This document shows positions 46,801-58,510 of a stretch of DNA of 64,000 nucleotides, one piece after another. Each line of letters opens with the position of its first letter. Within the stretch, counting starts at the first letter, position 1. The stretch comes from Mobula hypostoma (Eukaryota): NCBI RefSeq assembly GCF_963921235.1, contig NC_086097.1, positions 18,230,001 to 18,294,000 on the forward strand, given 5' to 3'. Below the pieces are notes generated by a model, which was given only the letters and a program-made list of their open reading frames with translations, had not been told where the DNA came from and ran no database searches. Both the position numbers and the translations under genes were made by a program.

Positions 46801-47880
46801 GACATGGGATCCAAGAGGACATTGCTTTGTGGATCCAGAATTGGCTTGCCCACAGAAGGCAAGGAGTGATTGTAGACAAGTCATATTTTGCATGGAGGTC
46901 AGTGACCAGTGGTGTGCCTCAGGGATCTGTTCTAGGACCCCTTCTCTTTGTGATTTTTATAATTGATCTGGATGAGGAAGTGGAGGGATTGGTTAGTAAA
47001 TTTGCTGATGACACAAAGGTCGGGGGTGTTGTGGATAGTGTGGAGGGCTGTCAGAGGACACAGTGGGACATTGATAGGATGCAGAACTGGGTTGAGAAGT
47101 GGCAAATGGAGGTGGTTCATTTTGGTGGGTCAAATTTGAAGATAGAACATAATATTAATAATAAGACTCTTGGCAGTGTGGAGGATCAGAGGGATCTTGG
47201 GGTCTGAGTCCATAGGACACTCAAAGCTGCTGCGGAGGGTGACAGTGTTGTTAAGAAGGTGTATGGTGTGTTGGCATTCATCAACCTTGGACTTGAGTTC
47301 AAGGGCCGTGAGGTAATGTTACAGCATTAAGACCTTGGTCAGACCACACTTACTGAGTTCCGTTCTGGTCACCTCACTACAGGAAGGATGTGGAAACTAT
47401 AGAAAGGGTGCAGAGAAGATTTACAAGGATGTTGCCTAGATTGGGGAGTATAGGTTGAGTGAACTTGGCCTTTTTTCCTTGGAGCAACGGAGGATGAGAG
47501 GTGGCCTGATAGAGATGTATAAGATGATGAGAGGCATTGATCGTGTGGATAGTCAGAGGCTCTTTCCCAGGGCTGAAATGGCTAACGTGAGAGGGGACAG
47601 CTATAAGGTGCTTGGAAGTAGGTACAGAGGTGATGTCAGGGGTAAGTTTTTAATGCACAGAGTGGTGAGTGTGTGGAATGGGCTGCCAGCAACAGTGGTG
47701 GAGGCAGATACGATAGGGTGTTTTAAGAGACTCCTGGACAGGTACATGGAGCTTAGAAAAATAGAGGGCTATGTCTAACCCTAGATAATTACTAAAGTAA
47801 GTAAATGTTCAGCACAGCTTTGTGGGCCGAAGGTCCTGTATTGTACTGTAGGTTTTCTATGTTTCTATGTTTCTATTATT
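43821..47880 (+). mobile_element. Degenerate CR1 LINE (end of ORF1 + ORF2), nested in an older CR1 3' fragment (43345-43820 + 47881-48210)
   Basis: Endonuclease DVVAIKETW and [18 protein letters not shown] and FADD. cagttag duplicated at 43814-43820 / 47881-47887. Confidence 0.92.
44579..45550 (-). mobile_element. Truncated LTR-like element with internal tandem repeats, inside CR1
   Basis: Minus-strand end ...cttgcatttgggtcc...ATGACA is typical of an LTR U5. ~30-bp unit x4 at ~45036-45165 and ~65-bp unit x2 at ~45290-45430. The other terminus is missing. Confidence 0.6.
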
Positions 47881-48504
47881 CAGTTAGCATCTTTCTCCCA
47901 GGATCGAAATATCTAATACTAGAAAGCATGCATTTCAAAATGAGAGGGGGTAAGTGCAAAGGAGCTGTGTGGAACAAGTCTTTTATTCTGAAAGCATGGG
48001 TGCCTGGGGTGATGCTGTGGGCAAATATCACAGAGGCCTTCAACAGGCTCTTAGATAGGCACGTGGATGTGCGGAGAATGGCAAGATATGAACATATTGT
48101 AGGTAAAATGGATTAATAAATTAGTTTAGTTAGGCATTTAATTGCAAGTTTAATTAACAACATTGTGGGCTGTAGGGCGTTTTCCTGTGTTGTACTGTTC
48201 TATGTTCTAAACCTCGGAATGGTGGCTTGGGAATTTCAAATCATGTAAGTGATCAATAATATAACAAGAAATTAGCATCAGTAATGGCAGCCTTGAAGAT
48301 ACTGGCTTTCTGTCAAAAATAATTTGGTTCATTGATATCCTTCAGAGGGATGAAATCTGCCAGCGTTGACCAGCATGGTTTACATAGGACGCCAGGCTCT
48401 TTGTCCTTATCACAGCTAGGTAATAAATGTCATTCTAAATCCCACAAACAGATAACAAAGAGTCTGAATTTTTACCCCTAGAATGAAAAAAATAAAGATA
48501 AAGA

Positions 48505-48715
48505 ATTAAAAATTAGCTTTATTTGCCACATGTACATTGAAACATAGAGCGCAATGCGTTATTAGCGTCAAATCAAATTGGCTACAATTATGATGGGCAC
48601 CAAGATAACATGCTGAGAACTCGTTAACCCTAACTGTGTGTCTCTGGAATGTGGGAGGAAATTAGTTTACCGGGAGGAAACCCACACGGACACGGGGAAA
48701 ATCCATACAGTCACA
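48505..48715 (-). mobile_element. V-SINE 3' part (tail type B)
   Basis: attagctttatttgccacatg tail. ggaggaaacccacacgg V-domain reverse complement. Confidence 0.7.
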
Positions 48716-49947
48716 AGGAGCTTTAGGCCAACTGGAAGAGAACTATAAAAATCAAAGTTGAGTTTATTGTCATCTGCATAAGTACATACATTATATGCAC
48801 ACGAAAAATGCAAAAGTTATTTGCAACAGCATCACGAGACCAATGCGTCATATAAACAGCATTCACAAGAGAAATATCTAATACTAGAAAGCATGCATTT
48901 CAAAATGAGAGGGGGTAAGTGCAAAGGATGTACATACTGTTCGTACATCAATACAATTTATTCCAATAAATAACACAATGCGTACAAAATAAATGTCCAT
49001 TTTAGGAGAAGTAATCCATCCGTACTGTGACTGGTATGGATCTTTTGCAGGCTTAATCCATATCTAAGCTTATTGTTACAGTTCCAGACTTTCCGAGATT
49101 GTAACAAAGGGATTGTGAATCATATATAGAAGAGTTTGGATAGTTGAAATTCACAGGAACTTGGTTTGTAAATATTCCTTTAAGATTCCTTTAACAAATT
49201 TCACGACATATGCTGGTGATATTACACCTGATTCTGGTTCTGAAGATGACAAGGTACCTGAGATTAATAAACAGGGATGGATGAACTTCACCCCTCCCCC
49301 TGTCTTCAGTGCTATTGATTTTGATAATGTGACTGGGAGTAGATTTCTTCTGTAATTAACACTCATACTTCTGTACCTTTACTAGATTGGCAGCTTCCAT
49401 TTATTTTACTGGTTGTTAAATTCCCCGCAGACCAAAGATTACTCAAAAATTCAAAACAAATCTGCTGTCTCTCACAAAAGATGAAGGGCAATTTTACAAA
49501 TTAAAGATTTATTTACAGCAGGAGCATTTAGCCACTTTGAACAATTTAGAAATACATTTATACTCTTCGACTTATCTAACTATTCTGATTCACTGCACGT
49601 TGGCAGTTGGTGTCAGTTACAAAATTAATTTCATATGAAGTATAAAAAAATATAACTCACATGAGACAGAACATGAAAAATATTCCACTGAGACTACTTT
49701 ACTTCAAACCTTCCGAAAATATTATTAATCTTCATTCGTTAAAGAGTGTTCGATTAGCTTAGCAGAATTAATTAGACATTTTGATAATTTACAGTAAATG
49801 GACAGATTCTGTGGGGCACTAATGGAGGTGGGCGAGGGTTGAGGTGTAGATAGGTTGATTCTAGGAGCTGAACTGGACAAGTTACTTACTGAATATACCT
49901 GACTAGATTTCAATCCCAAGCCTTCATCATCCAAATAAGTTAACATA

Positions 49948-51186
49948 CGAGGGGTGATTGATAGGTTAGTGGCCGAAGGTAGAGGGAGTCAATTTTAGAA
50001 AACCTAGCATAAATATTTTTCAACATAGTCCCCACCTACATTTACACACTTAGTCCAGCTGTTGTGGAGCATATGGATCTTGGACCTCCAGAAAGTATCC
50101 ACAGCAGGGGTGATTGATAAGTTCGTGGCCTAAGGTAGAAGGAGGTAAGTTAAAAACGCAAAGACGAGGAAATCTGAAGATGCTGGAATGTCAAGCAACA
50201 CACATAAAAGTTGCTGGTGAATGCAGCAGGCCAGGCAGCATCTCTAGGAAGAGGTATAGTCGATGTTTCGGGCCGAGACCCTTCTTCAGGACTAACTGAA
50301 AGAAGAGCTGGTAAGAGATTTGAAAGTGGGAGGGGGAGGGGAGATCTGAAATGATAGGAGAAGACAGGAGGGGGAGGGATGGAGCCAAGAGCTGGACAGG
50401 TGATTGGCAAAAGGGATATGAGAGGATCATGGGACAGGAGGCCCAAGGAGAAAGAAAAGGGGAGGGGGGAAGCCCAAAGGATGGGCAAGGGGTATAGTGA
50501 GGGGGACAGAGGGAGAAAAAGGAGAGAGAGAAAAAGAATGTGTGTTTATAAATAAATAACGGATGGGGTACGAAGGGGAGGTGGGGCATTAGCGGAAGTT
50601 TGAGAAGTCAATGTTCATGCCATCAGGTTAGAGGCTACTCAGACAGAATATAAGGTGTTGTTCCTCCAGCCTGAGTGTGGCTTCATCTTTACAGTAGAGG
50701 AGGCTGTGGATAGACATATCAGAATGGGAATGGGACGTGGAATTAAAATGTGTGGCCACTGAGAGATCCTGCTTTCTCTGGTGGACAGAGAAATAGGTTT
50801 TGGAGAAACTCAGAGAAATGGGAGATGAGTTATACAGCTCTTGTTACACTGCACATACAGTGCAACTCTTTGAGTGATTATGCAGAAGGTTTGAAGTTAA
50901 TAACTTCAAACTTACTGCATAATCATTCAAAGAGTTCAACTGCATGTGCATGTAACGAGAGCTGTATCCTTCAACCTTAGGCCACGAACTTATCAATCAC
51001 CCCTGCTGTGGACCACTTTCTGGAGGTCCAAGACGCCGACTTCTACAAAGAAAGGATCTGTATGCTCCATGACCGCTAGACTAAATGTTTAAATATAGGA
51101 GGGGACTATGCTGAAAAATAAATGTGCTATGTTTTCTAAAATTGAATCCTTCTACCTTAGGCCACGAACTTATCAATCACCCCTCA
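49948..51186. mobile_element. Tc1/mariner-derived palindromic MITE, split by a Penelope insertion
   Basis: TA-flanked TIRs cgaggggtgattgat... / ...atcaatcacccctca. Mariner C-terminal remnant FYKE.I.MLHDR*TKC.N.GGDY.EK*. Internal TIR copies. Confidence 0.88.
50153..50820 (-). mobile_element. Penelope-like element 3' part (GIY-YIG C-terminus, UTR and hammerhead)
   Basis: Antisense HFNSTSHSHSD..LEEQHLIFCLSSL*PDGMNIDFSNF. Hammerhead at 50257-50294. Degenerate TSD ggaggtaagtta / ggagatgagtta. Confidence 0.9.
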
Positions 51187-51234
51187 TATATCACTTTAAA
51201 ATGGTATGTGGATAATCTAGCTAGAGGAAGGGCC

Positions 51235-51456
51235 ATTGAAGAAGAAGAAGAAAGCCCTTAACTCCGAGTGGAGTCACCGGGATGCCGTCATGACGGCGTT
51301 TTTTTCAGCCAGGCTTTCTTATTTTTATGAGGCTGAGTTGCTAGCTCGATGTTCAACCCAGCACGGGTGGAAAGCGTGCAAGGGAGCTGGCTGGATTTGA
51401 ACTCGGAAGCCTTCGCTCCGAAGTCCGGCGCTGATGCCACTACGCCACCAGCTGGC
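51235..51456 (-). mobile_element. tRNA-headed short SINE with (TTC)n tail
   Basis: A box tggcgtagtgg, B box gagttcaaatcc. TSD agaggaagggcc (51223-51234) / agaagaagggcc (51457-51468). Confidence 0.85.
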
Positions 51457-51477
51457 AGAAGAAGGGCCGTACTTTCT

Positions 51478-51960
51478 GTTTATTTATTTATTGAGATATA
51501 GCATGGAGTAGGCCTGCCACCCCGAGCTACCTATCGGCCTAGTCATCATATGGGAGGCCAAGCATGGGAGGATGAACCCTGGGTGCCCTTCCAAGACTAT
51601 GGTCAACACGGTCCTAGAAGACAGCGGCGTGGCTAATGTAGATGAACTGAACACACTGATGAGGGAGAGGGAGGAGTGGAGTGTCCGTCATCGTGCCCAA
51701 CTTCGGCCCCCTAGGCCTGACTTGACGTAGTAGCTGTAGTAGTAGTAGGCCCTTCCAACCCTTTGAGCCACACTACCTAGTAATCCCCCAATTTAATCCT
51801 GACCTAATCACGGGACAATTTACAATGACCAATTAACTTACAACTGGTTCATCTTGGACTGTTTGAGGAAACCAGAGAACTCAGAGGAAGCCCACATGGT
51901 CCCAGGGACAAACTCTCCAGGCAGCGGCAGGAATCAAACCTGGGTCACTGGTACTATAAG
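51478..51960 (-). mobile_element. V-SINE (tail type A) split by an RTE-type fragment
   Basis: tttatttattgagata tail. V-domain reverse complement at ~51865-51900. Confidence 0.75.
51515..51743 (+). mobile_element. RTE-clade LINE 3' fragment with (TAG)n tail
   Basis: HPELP..VIIWEAKHGRMNPGCPSKT..LEDSG..LMREREEW. TSD agtaggcc at 51507-51514 / 51744-51751. Confidence 0.75.
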
Positions 51961-52342
51961 GTACAGAAGCTGGCCTGGTAGACGTTTATAAAATTGTGTG
52001 AAACATAGATAGACAGTCGGCATCTTTCTCCCCTGGTCAAAGTGAGGGCACGTATTTATGGTGAGAGGGGTACAGTTCAAAGGAGATGGGCGGAGCAAGC
52101 TGTTGGTGCCTAGATCACACTGCCAGAGATGATGCTGCAGGTAGATATGACATAGGTGTTAAAGAGGTTCTTAGATAAGCACACGAGTAAGAGGAGAATG
52201 GAGAGATATGGACAAAGTGTGGGCAGAAGGGATTAGTATAATTAGGTATCATTAAATTAATTAGTTCAGTGCAATATTATGGACTGAAGGGGCTGTTCCT
52301 GTGTCATACTGTTCCATGTTCTATGTTCTATGCTCCATGCTC

Positions 52343-52586
52343 CAAAGAGTTGACCTGCGTGAGCATGTAACTAGAGCTGTATAACTCATCGCATTCTACT
52401 TTAGGCCACGAACTTATCAATCACCCCTGCTGTGGATACTTTCTGGAAGTCCAAGATCCGTATGCTCCACGACCGCTGGACTAAGTGTGCAAATGTAGGA
52501 GGGGACTATGTTGAAAAATAAATGTGCTAGGTTTTCTAAAATTGACTCCTTCTACCGTAGGCCACGAACTTATCAATCACCGCTCG
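52343..52586. mobile_element. Right half of the mariner MITE family, lying in a CR1 (ttctatg)n tail
   Basis: IRMLHDRWTKCANVGGDYVEK* and TIR ending ...caccgctcg+TA. Confidence 0.85.
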
Positions 52587-53044
52587 TATGTTCTATGATC
52601 TATGTTCTTCTCTGGCAGAGTTTTCCACATTTTCACAGCTCTTTTTGCAATGAAGTTTTTTCTTGAACTCATAACAAACATGACAAAAATAAAGTATCTT
52701 GTGTTACTGATTCACTTACAACTGCAGATTGTCATCATCCAGTGCTGTGTCAGATACCACCACCCTTCATTGCTGATCTTTCTTTAATTTGTGGGATCAG
52801 TGTGAATGAACGTCATTTACACCCTGTATACTACTATCCCAAATTGCCTGAAACTCCAGTGACTGGGTGCCTGTTCATGAGCCCCTTGAGCGTGGTGTAT
52901 GAGGCTGGTTGGATCTTAGCCTCAAATGGACACATGAAATGGCAACCCCACCCCATTTCGGGCAGGCACCTATTCCATTCCTTGCCAGACGGAGGATAAC
53001 AAATCCCTGAGCAGACATACAGTACATCCTGGCCCTGCTTTCTT

Positions 53045-53435
53045 TCTGAGTTGCAAACTCAGCCAGCTTCATTATGGGCGCTAGTCTCCTCACCATCAAG
53101 GACATCCTCAAAAAGGCAACATCCATCATTATCGACACCCAGACACCTAGGACCTGCCCACTTCTCATTGTGACCATCAAGGGGGAGGTACAAGGGCATG
53201 AAGACACATATTCAACATTTCAGGAACTGCTTCTTCCCCTCTGCCTTCAGATTTCTGAATAGACAGTGAACCCATACACATACCTTACTATTTTCCCTCT
53301 CTTTTTGCACTACTTTCATTTCTTATTGTAATTTAATAGTGTTTTATTATGCACTGCGCTGCACTATGCCACAAAACAATACATTTCACGACACATGCCA
53401 GTGATATTGAACCTAATTCTGATTCTGATTCTGAG
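53045..53435 (+). mobile_element. Rex1/Babar 3' fragment
   Basis: LKKATSII.D..PSRGRY remnants. (gattct)n tail. Confidence 0.7.
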
Positions 53436-53514
53436 GTGGTTCTCCCTGAGTGAGGTCTGATGCTTTGCATCGTTAACCGGCCACCTTTGGTCACAGAGTT
53501 CCAGAGAGGTACCG

Positions 53515-54090
53515 CCTGGAAACAGGCCCTTTGATCCACTGAGTCCATGCCAACTATCAGCACTCATTTCCTTCAGTAAGTGCTGCCCTAATTCATTTCC
53601 GCGCCCCCCCCCCCAGACACATTTCTCATCAGCTCTTCCCCAGATTCTGCCACTCATCTACACACTAGGAGCAACTTACAGTGGCCAATCAACCAATAAG
53701 CTTGTACATCTTGGGATGTGCAAGGAAACCAGAGCACCAGGCCACAGCCTCAGAATACAAGGACGTCCCTTTAGAGCTGAGATAAGGATGAATTTCTTCA
53801 GCCAGAGAGAGCTGAATCTATGGAATTCATTGCCACAGACGGCTGCAGAGGCCAAATCATTGGGTATATTTAAATTTACAGGGAGGAGGCAAAATATTGG
53901 GGTTGAGAGGGACAATAAATCAGCCATGATGGAATGGCAGAACAAACTCGATGGGACAAATAGTCTAGTTTAAGGTCCTATGGACTTACGATCTAGTGAA
54001 ATGCAAGCTATCACTGGAGGAACATGTAGACTCTACTCCAGAGACGAACTTCAGTTCACTAGATCGGTGAGGCATCTCCTCAAGTTGTGC
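53515..54090 (-). mobile_element. CR1-tailed V-SINE split by a CR1 3' fragment (53740-53995, + strand)
   Basis: ggaaaccagagcacc V-domain junction. GHSLRIQGRPFRAE insert. Confidence 0.65.
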
Positions 54091-54147
54091 CATTGTCTGA
54101 AATCACATTAGACGGTGTGGATGAGTTAAAAGCAGGTGATTTTGCCC

Positions 54148-54405
54148 AGCAGTGTAGTGGTTAGCACAACACATTAAAGTACCAGTGACCCGGGTTCAAC
54201 TCAACCACTCTCTGCAAGGAACTTATACGTTCTCCCCGTGACTGCCTGGGTTTCCTTCATCTCCTTCGATTTCCTCTCAAGGTCCGCAGACGTACCAGTT
54301 GGTAGGCTAATTGATCATTGTAAATAGTCCCAAGGTTAGGCCAGGGTTCAATCGGGGAATTGCTGGGCGGTGTCGCTCAAAGGGCTGTACCTCAATAAAA
54401 TAACT
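54148..54405 (+). mobile_element. V-domain SINE (tail type A)
   Basis: A box gtgtagtggttagc, B box gggttcaac, V-domain, ctcaataaaataa end. Confidence 0.85.
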
Positions 54406-55054
54406 AATATCTAATGTGAGAAATGAACCTCTCTTGGAATTGCATACAATCAGTCAGAGAATGAGTTATTGCTTAGTAGTTGGATTCTTTTGAGGCCACT
54501 GTGGGGTATGAGGTCCATTAGAAAGTAAATGGGGCAAGTGCTGACGCCTTCTGTTCCACTTGCCTAACTTTTACTCAACTGAGCTTGCTAGTATTGATTT
54601 AAATGCAATAGCAGCAGAAAAAAATCAAAAGATAAATCATGGTATACATTGAGGTGCTTGGACAATGTGATGATTGTTTCTTTTTAGCTCAGTTACTAGG
54701 CAAATCTTGTGACTATAAAAAACAGGAATTTAAATGGAGGAAAAGCAGAAACCGCGACGACTCTCGTTCCCCATTTAGTTTGGCAGCAGTCCTCATTCTG
54801 AAACCTGATATTTATTTATTTTTGGTTTAGTGACGTGAGGGTAATTGTGGTTGTATATGGATGGCAATATATTGAAAGTATTGTAGAAGGAAGTAAATCA
54901 TCTTTTTAAAGGCTAATGGTATAAATCTGGGCAGGAAAACATCAGGTTCATTGGCACTGTGACTATTTATCTGTTTAGGTTTCCAGCAACAGGGAAAGTA
55001 CAAAATGTTAAAGGCTTGTAAACTGGACAAAGTATCAGCATAAAGAAAAATATA

Positions 55055-55535
55055 AAGATTAGCTTTATTTGTCACATGTACTGTACATCGAAACACAGTA
55101 ACCTCAGAGCATACAGTGAAATGCGTTATTTGCATCAAATCAGATCAGAGAGGGTTATGCAGGGCAGCCTACAAATGTCGACATGCTTCCAGCACCAATC
55201 ACCAATATTGCATGTCCACAACTTTACGCTGTACGTCTTCGGAATGTAGGAGGAAACTGGAGCACCTAAGGAAACCCACACGGTCATGGAGAGATCGCTA
55301 TGTTATGAGACCATAACACTGTAAGACGTAGGAGCAAATTAGGAGTCTGCTCCACTATCAATCATGGCAGATTGTTTTTACCCCTCCTCAGTCCCACTCT
55401 TCAACTTTCTCCCCGTAACCTTTGATGCCGTGTCCAATCAAAAACCTATCAATCTCTGCCATAAATACACACAATGACCTGGCCTCCACAGCTGCATGTG
55501 GTAACAAATTCCACAAATTCACCACCCTCTGGCAC
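55055..55535 (-). mobile_element. V-SINE tail type B part (55055-55292) followed by a CR1 3' fragment (55310-55535)
   Basis: Shared tails and V-domain. GNKFHKFTTLW antisense pattern. Confidence 0.7.
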
Positions 55536-55934
55536 CTTATGTCTGGGGATAAACCAAAATGCTATCCGAAATGCAATCAAAATGTTTCACAGAATCAGAA
55601 AAACAACAAAATCATCACCATTTATAATAAAGAGTCATAATAATTTCAATGCACTATAGCTACATATTGTGCAGGATACAAATTTCCTGTAATTTTTCTT
55701 TAATTCACGAAGTCACAATGGTCATTCTTTTCTGTCAACATTTACCATTCTAAGTTACATTTCTATCAATTTTATAATGAAGTGCTGAGTTCTTGTTACC
55801 AGATGGCACTATTGAGTAAAGTTTTGAATTCAAGCAACTTGTTCATGGAAACCAGAACATTCCAGGACAAACCTGCAGATTTTTACTCATAGCTATTTCT
55901 AAAATACAGACCACGTTTTCCAAGCTAAAAGTCC

Positions 55935-57500
55935 ATGGCATTTGGTAATGTCTGCAAACTTGTCCACAAAACCATCAAACCTGTCATCCAAATCATGAAC
56001 ATATAATGTGAAAAGAAGCAGTCCCTGTGGACCACCACTTGTCAATGGCAGCTGACCAGAAAGGGCCCCCTTTATTCCCCTTCCTTGCTCCCTGCAGTCA
56101 GCCAATCTTCCATCAATACTAGTACCTTTCCTGTAAACCATGGGTTCTTGCCTTGTTAATCAGCCTCGTATGTGGCATATCATCAAAGGCCTTCTGAAAA
56201 TTTCAGAAAGCAACATCCACTGACTCTCCTTTGTCTATCTTTCTTGTTATTTCCTAAAAGAATTCCAACAGATTTGTCAGTCAAGACTTCCCCTTACTTT
56301 GGCTTATTTATTATGTGTCTCCAGGTAGCCTATAACCTCACCCTTAATAATGGATTCCAACATCTACCCCACCACTGAAGTCAGGCTAACTAGCCTATAA
56401 TTTTCTTTCTTCTGCCTTTCTCCTTTTTAGTAGTGTAGAGTAACATTTGTAATTTTCCAGCCCCCAGAACCATTTTAGTATCTAGTGATTCTTGAAAGAT
56501 CATTACAAATGCTTCCACAATTTCTTCAGCCACTTCTTTCTGAACCCTGGGTTGTAGTTCATCTGGTGCAGGTAATTTACCTACTTTCAGACCGTTCATC
56601 TTCCCAAACTCCTTCTTTTCAGTAATAGCAACAAAACTCAGATCTGTCCTGTGACATTTTTGAACTTCTAGCCTAGCGTTGGTGTCTTCTGTAGTGAAGA
56701 CAGACACAGCAGTTCCTCTGTCATTTCTTTGTCCCCCATTACTATCTCTCTAGCGTTATTTTCCAGTAGTTCAACATCCACTCTTGTCTCTCCTTTAATC
56801 TTTATATATTTGAAAAAAACCTTTTGTATCCACTTTTATATTACTTTCTAGCTTACCTTCATATTTCATCTTTTCTCTCTTTATGGTTTTTTACTTGCCT
56901 TCTGTTGGTTTTTAAAAGCTCCCCAATCCTCTAACTTCTCACTAATTTTTGTGATATCCTCACAAAATTTTTATATGTCCTCACTTTTGCTTTTATGTTG
57001 TGTTTGACTTCCCCTGTTAGCATTATTGCATCATTTTCCTTTTGGAATACTTCTTCGTCTTTGGCATGTATCTATCCTATGCTTTTATAATGCACCTCAG
57101 AAACCCCAGCTATTGTTTTTCTGCCGCTATCCATGCTGGTGTCCCCTTCCAATCAACTTTAGCCAGCTCCTCTCTCATGTCTTTGTAATTCCCTTTACTC
57201 CACTGTAATACTGCTCCCTCTTAAATTACAGGGTGAATTCTATCATATTGTGATCACTGCTTCCTAGGAATTCTTTTACCTTAAGTTCCATAATCAGATT
57301 TGGTTCATTACACAACACCCAATCCAGTACTGTGGGCTCAACCACAAGCTGCTCTAAAAAGCCTTCTTGTAGGCATTCTACAAATTCCCTCCCTACAAAT
57401 TCCAGCACCAACCTGATTTTCCCAATCTACCTGCATATTGAAATCCCCCATTACTATCACAACATTGCCCATATTACGTGCCTTTTCTATTTATGCCCAT
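55935..57500 (-). mobile_element. Degenerate CR1 ORF2 (endonuclease-RT)
   Basis: LGSSDHNMIEF, SVFTTED, PAPDELQPRV, TSGGPQG, DKFAD. Confidence 0.88.
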
Positions 57501-58039
57501 CATGACTTTATTTCAGCTCAACCCTCGGTTTCATTTCTGCAGGGGAAAAAGTCCCAGCCTACCCAAACTCTCCTTAGACCTCAAATCCTCCAATCCTGGG
57601 ACCATCCTTGTGAATCTTTTCTGCACCTTTTCCAGTTCAATAACATTCTTCTGTTAGATCTTGGTGATATTACATTCCACTGGTTCTTCAGAAGTCAAGA
57701 ACGAGGGATAAAGGTTGTTGGTTACGGCCATTATTTAAGTGTAACAAGAACGAAGAACAAAGAAAGAAAAAAAGCAAAGGACAAAGTAGTGATTATCTTA
57801 TACCAAAAATTAGCTTAGTCTAGACAAAAGTCAAGATATTCCAGTGTAAAAATAGCCTATAAAGTAGCCAGATTCAATGGCATGACATCTGGTGTTATAA
57901 GCTTCTATAAAAATACAGAACAGCTACACTACGATTACTCAAATATTCACTGAACAATTACACATATATAGGTGGTATATAAAAACACCAGGAGGCTAGA
58001 AAAGTTAAACTATGAGAAGTATAACTATGTTACACTTGC

Positions 58040-58390
58040 TATAACTGGGCAACCAGAACTCTGCATAATACTCCTAGTGTGGCCTCTCTAATGACTTGTA
58101 CAGTTGCAGCATGATTTCCCAACTCCTATACTCAATGCCCTGGCCAATGTTAGCAAGTGTGCCAAATGATTTCTTCCCCATCCTGCCTACCTGTGTGACC
58201 CACATTCAAGGAACAATGCACCTGCACCCCTAGGTCTCTCTGTTCTACAACACTCCCTAGGAGCCTACTATTTCCTGTGTAGTTCCTGTCCTTGTTTAAC
58301 ATACCAAGATGCAATATCTTGCACTTGTCCAATCCTTCCTCAGTGCATCTAATCCTATTCAATCCTAAGATAACCATGTTCACTCTCCAC
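58040..58390 (-). mobile_element. CR1 fragment
   Basis: DKCKILHLG..VVEQRDLGVQV. Confidence 0.75.
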
Positions 58391-58510
58391 CACACTTACA
58401 CAACACTTTCACCCATTATATCTATGCTGACTTTTCTTTCCATTTACTTTAGTCTTACTTACCTTCATTAAGCCTGCTTAAGTGCCTATCTATCTACATG
58501 TCTTTAATTA

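Noticed and set aside
51380..51456. tRNA gene (also 22985-23057 and the V-SINE heads)
   Set aside because: Cloverleaf stems are incomplete. Each is followed by a SINE body and tail, and the two short SINEs are bounded by TSDs.
54666..54810. C/D box snoRNA (GTGATGA...CTGA), also 8058-8076
   Set aside because: No terminal stem or recognisable rRNA guide. The 8058 motifs appear to lie in a repeat head.
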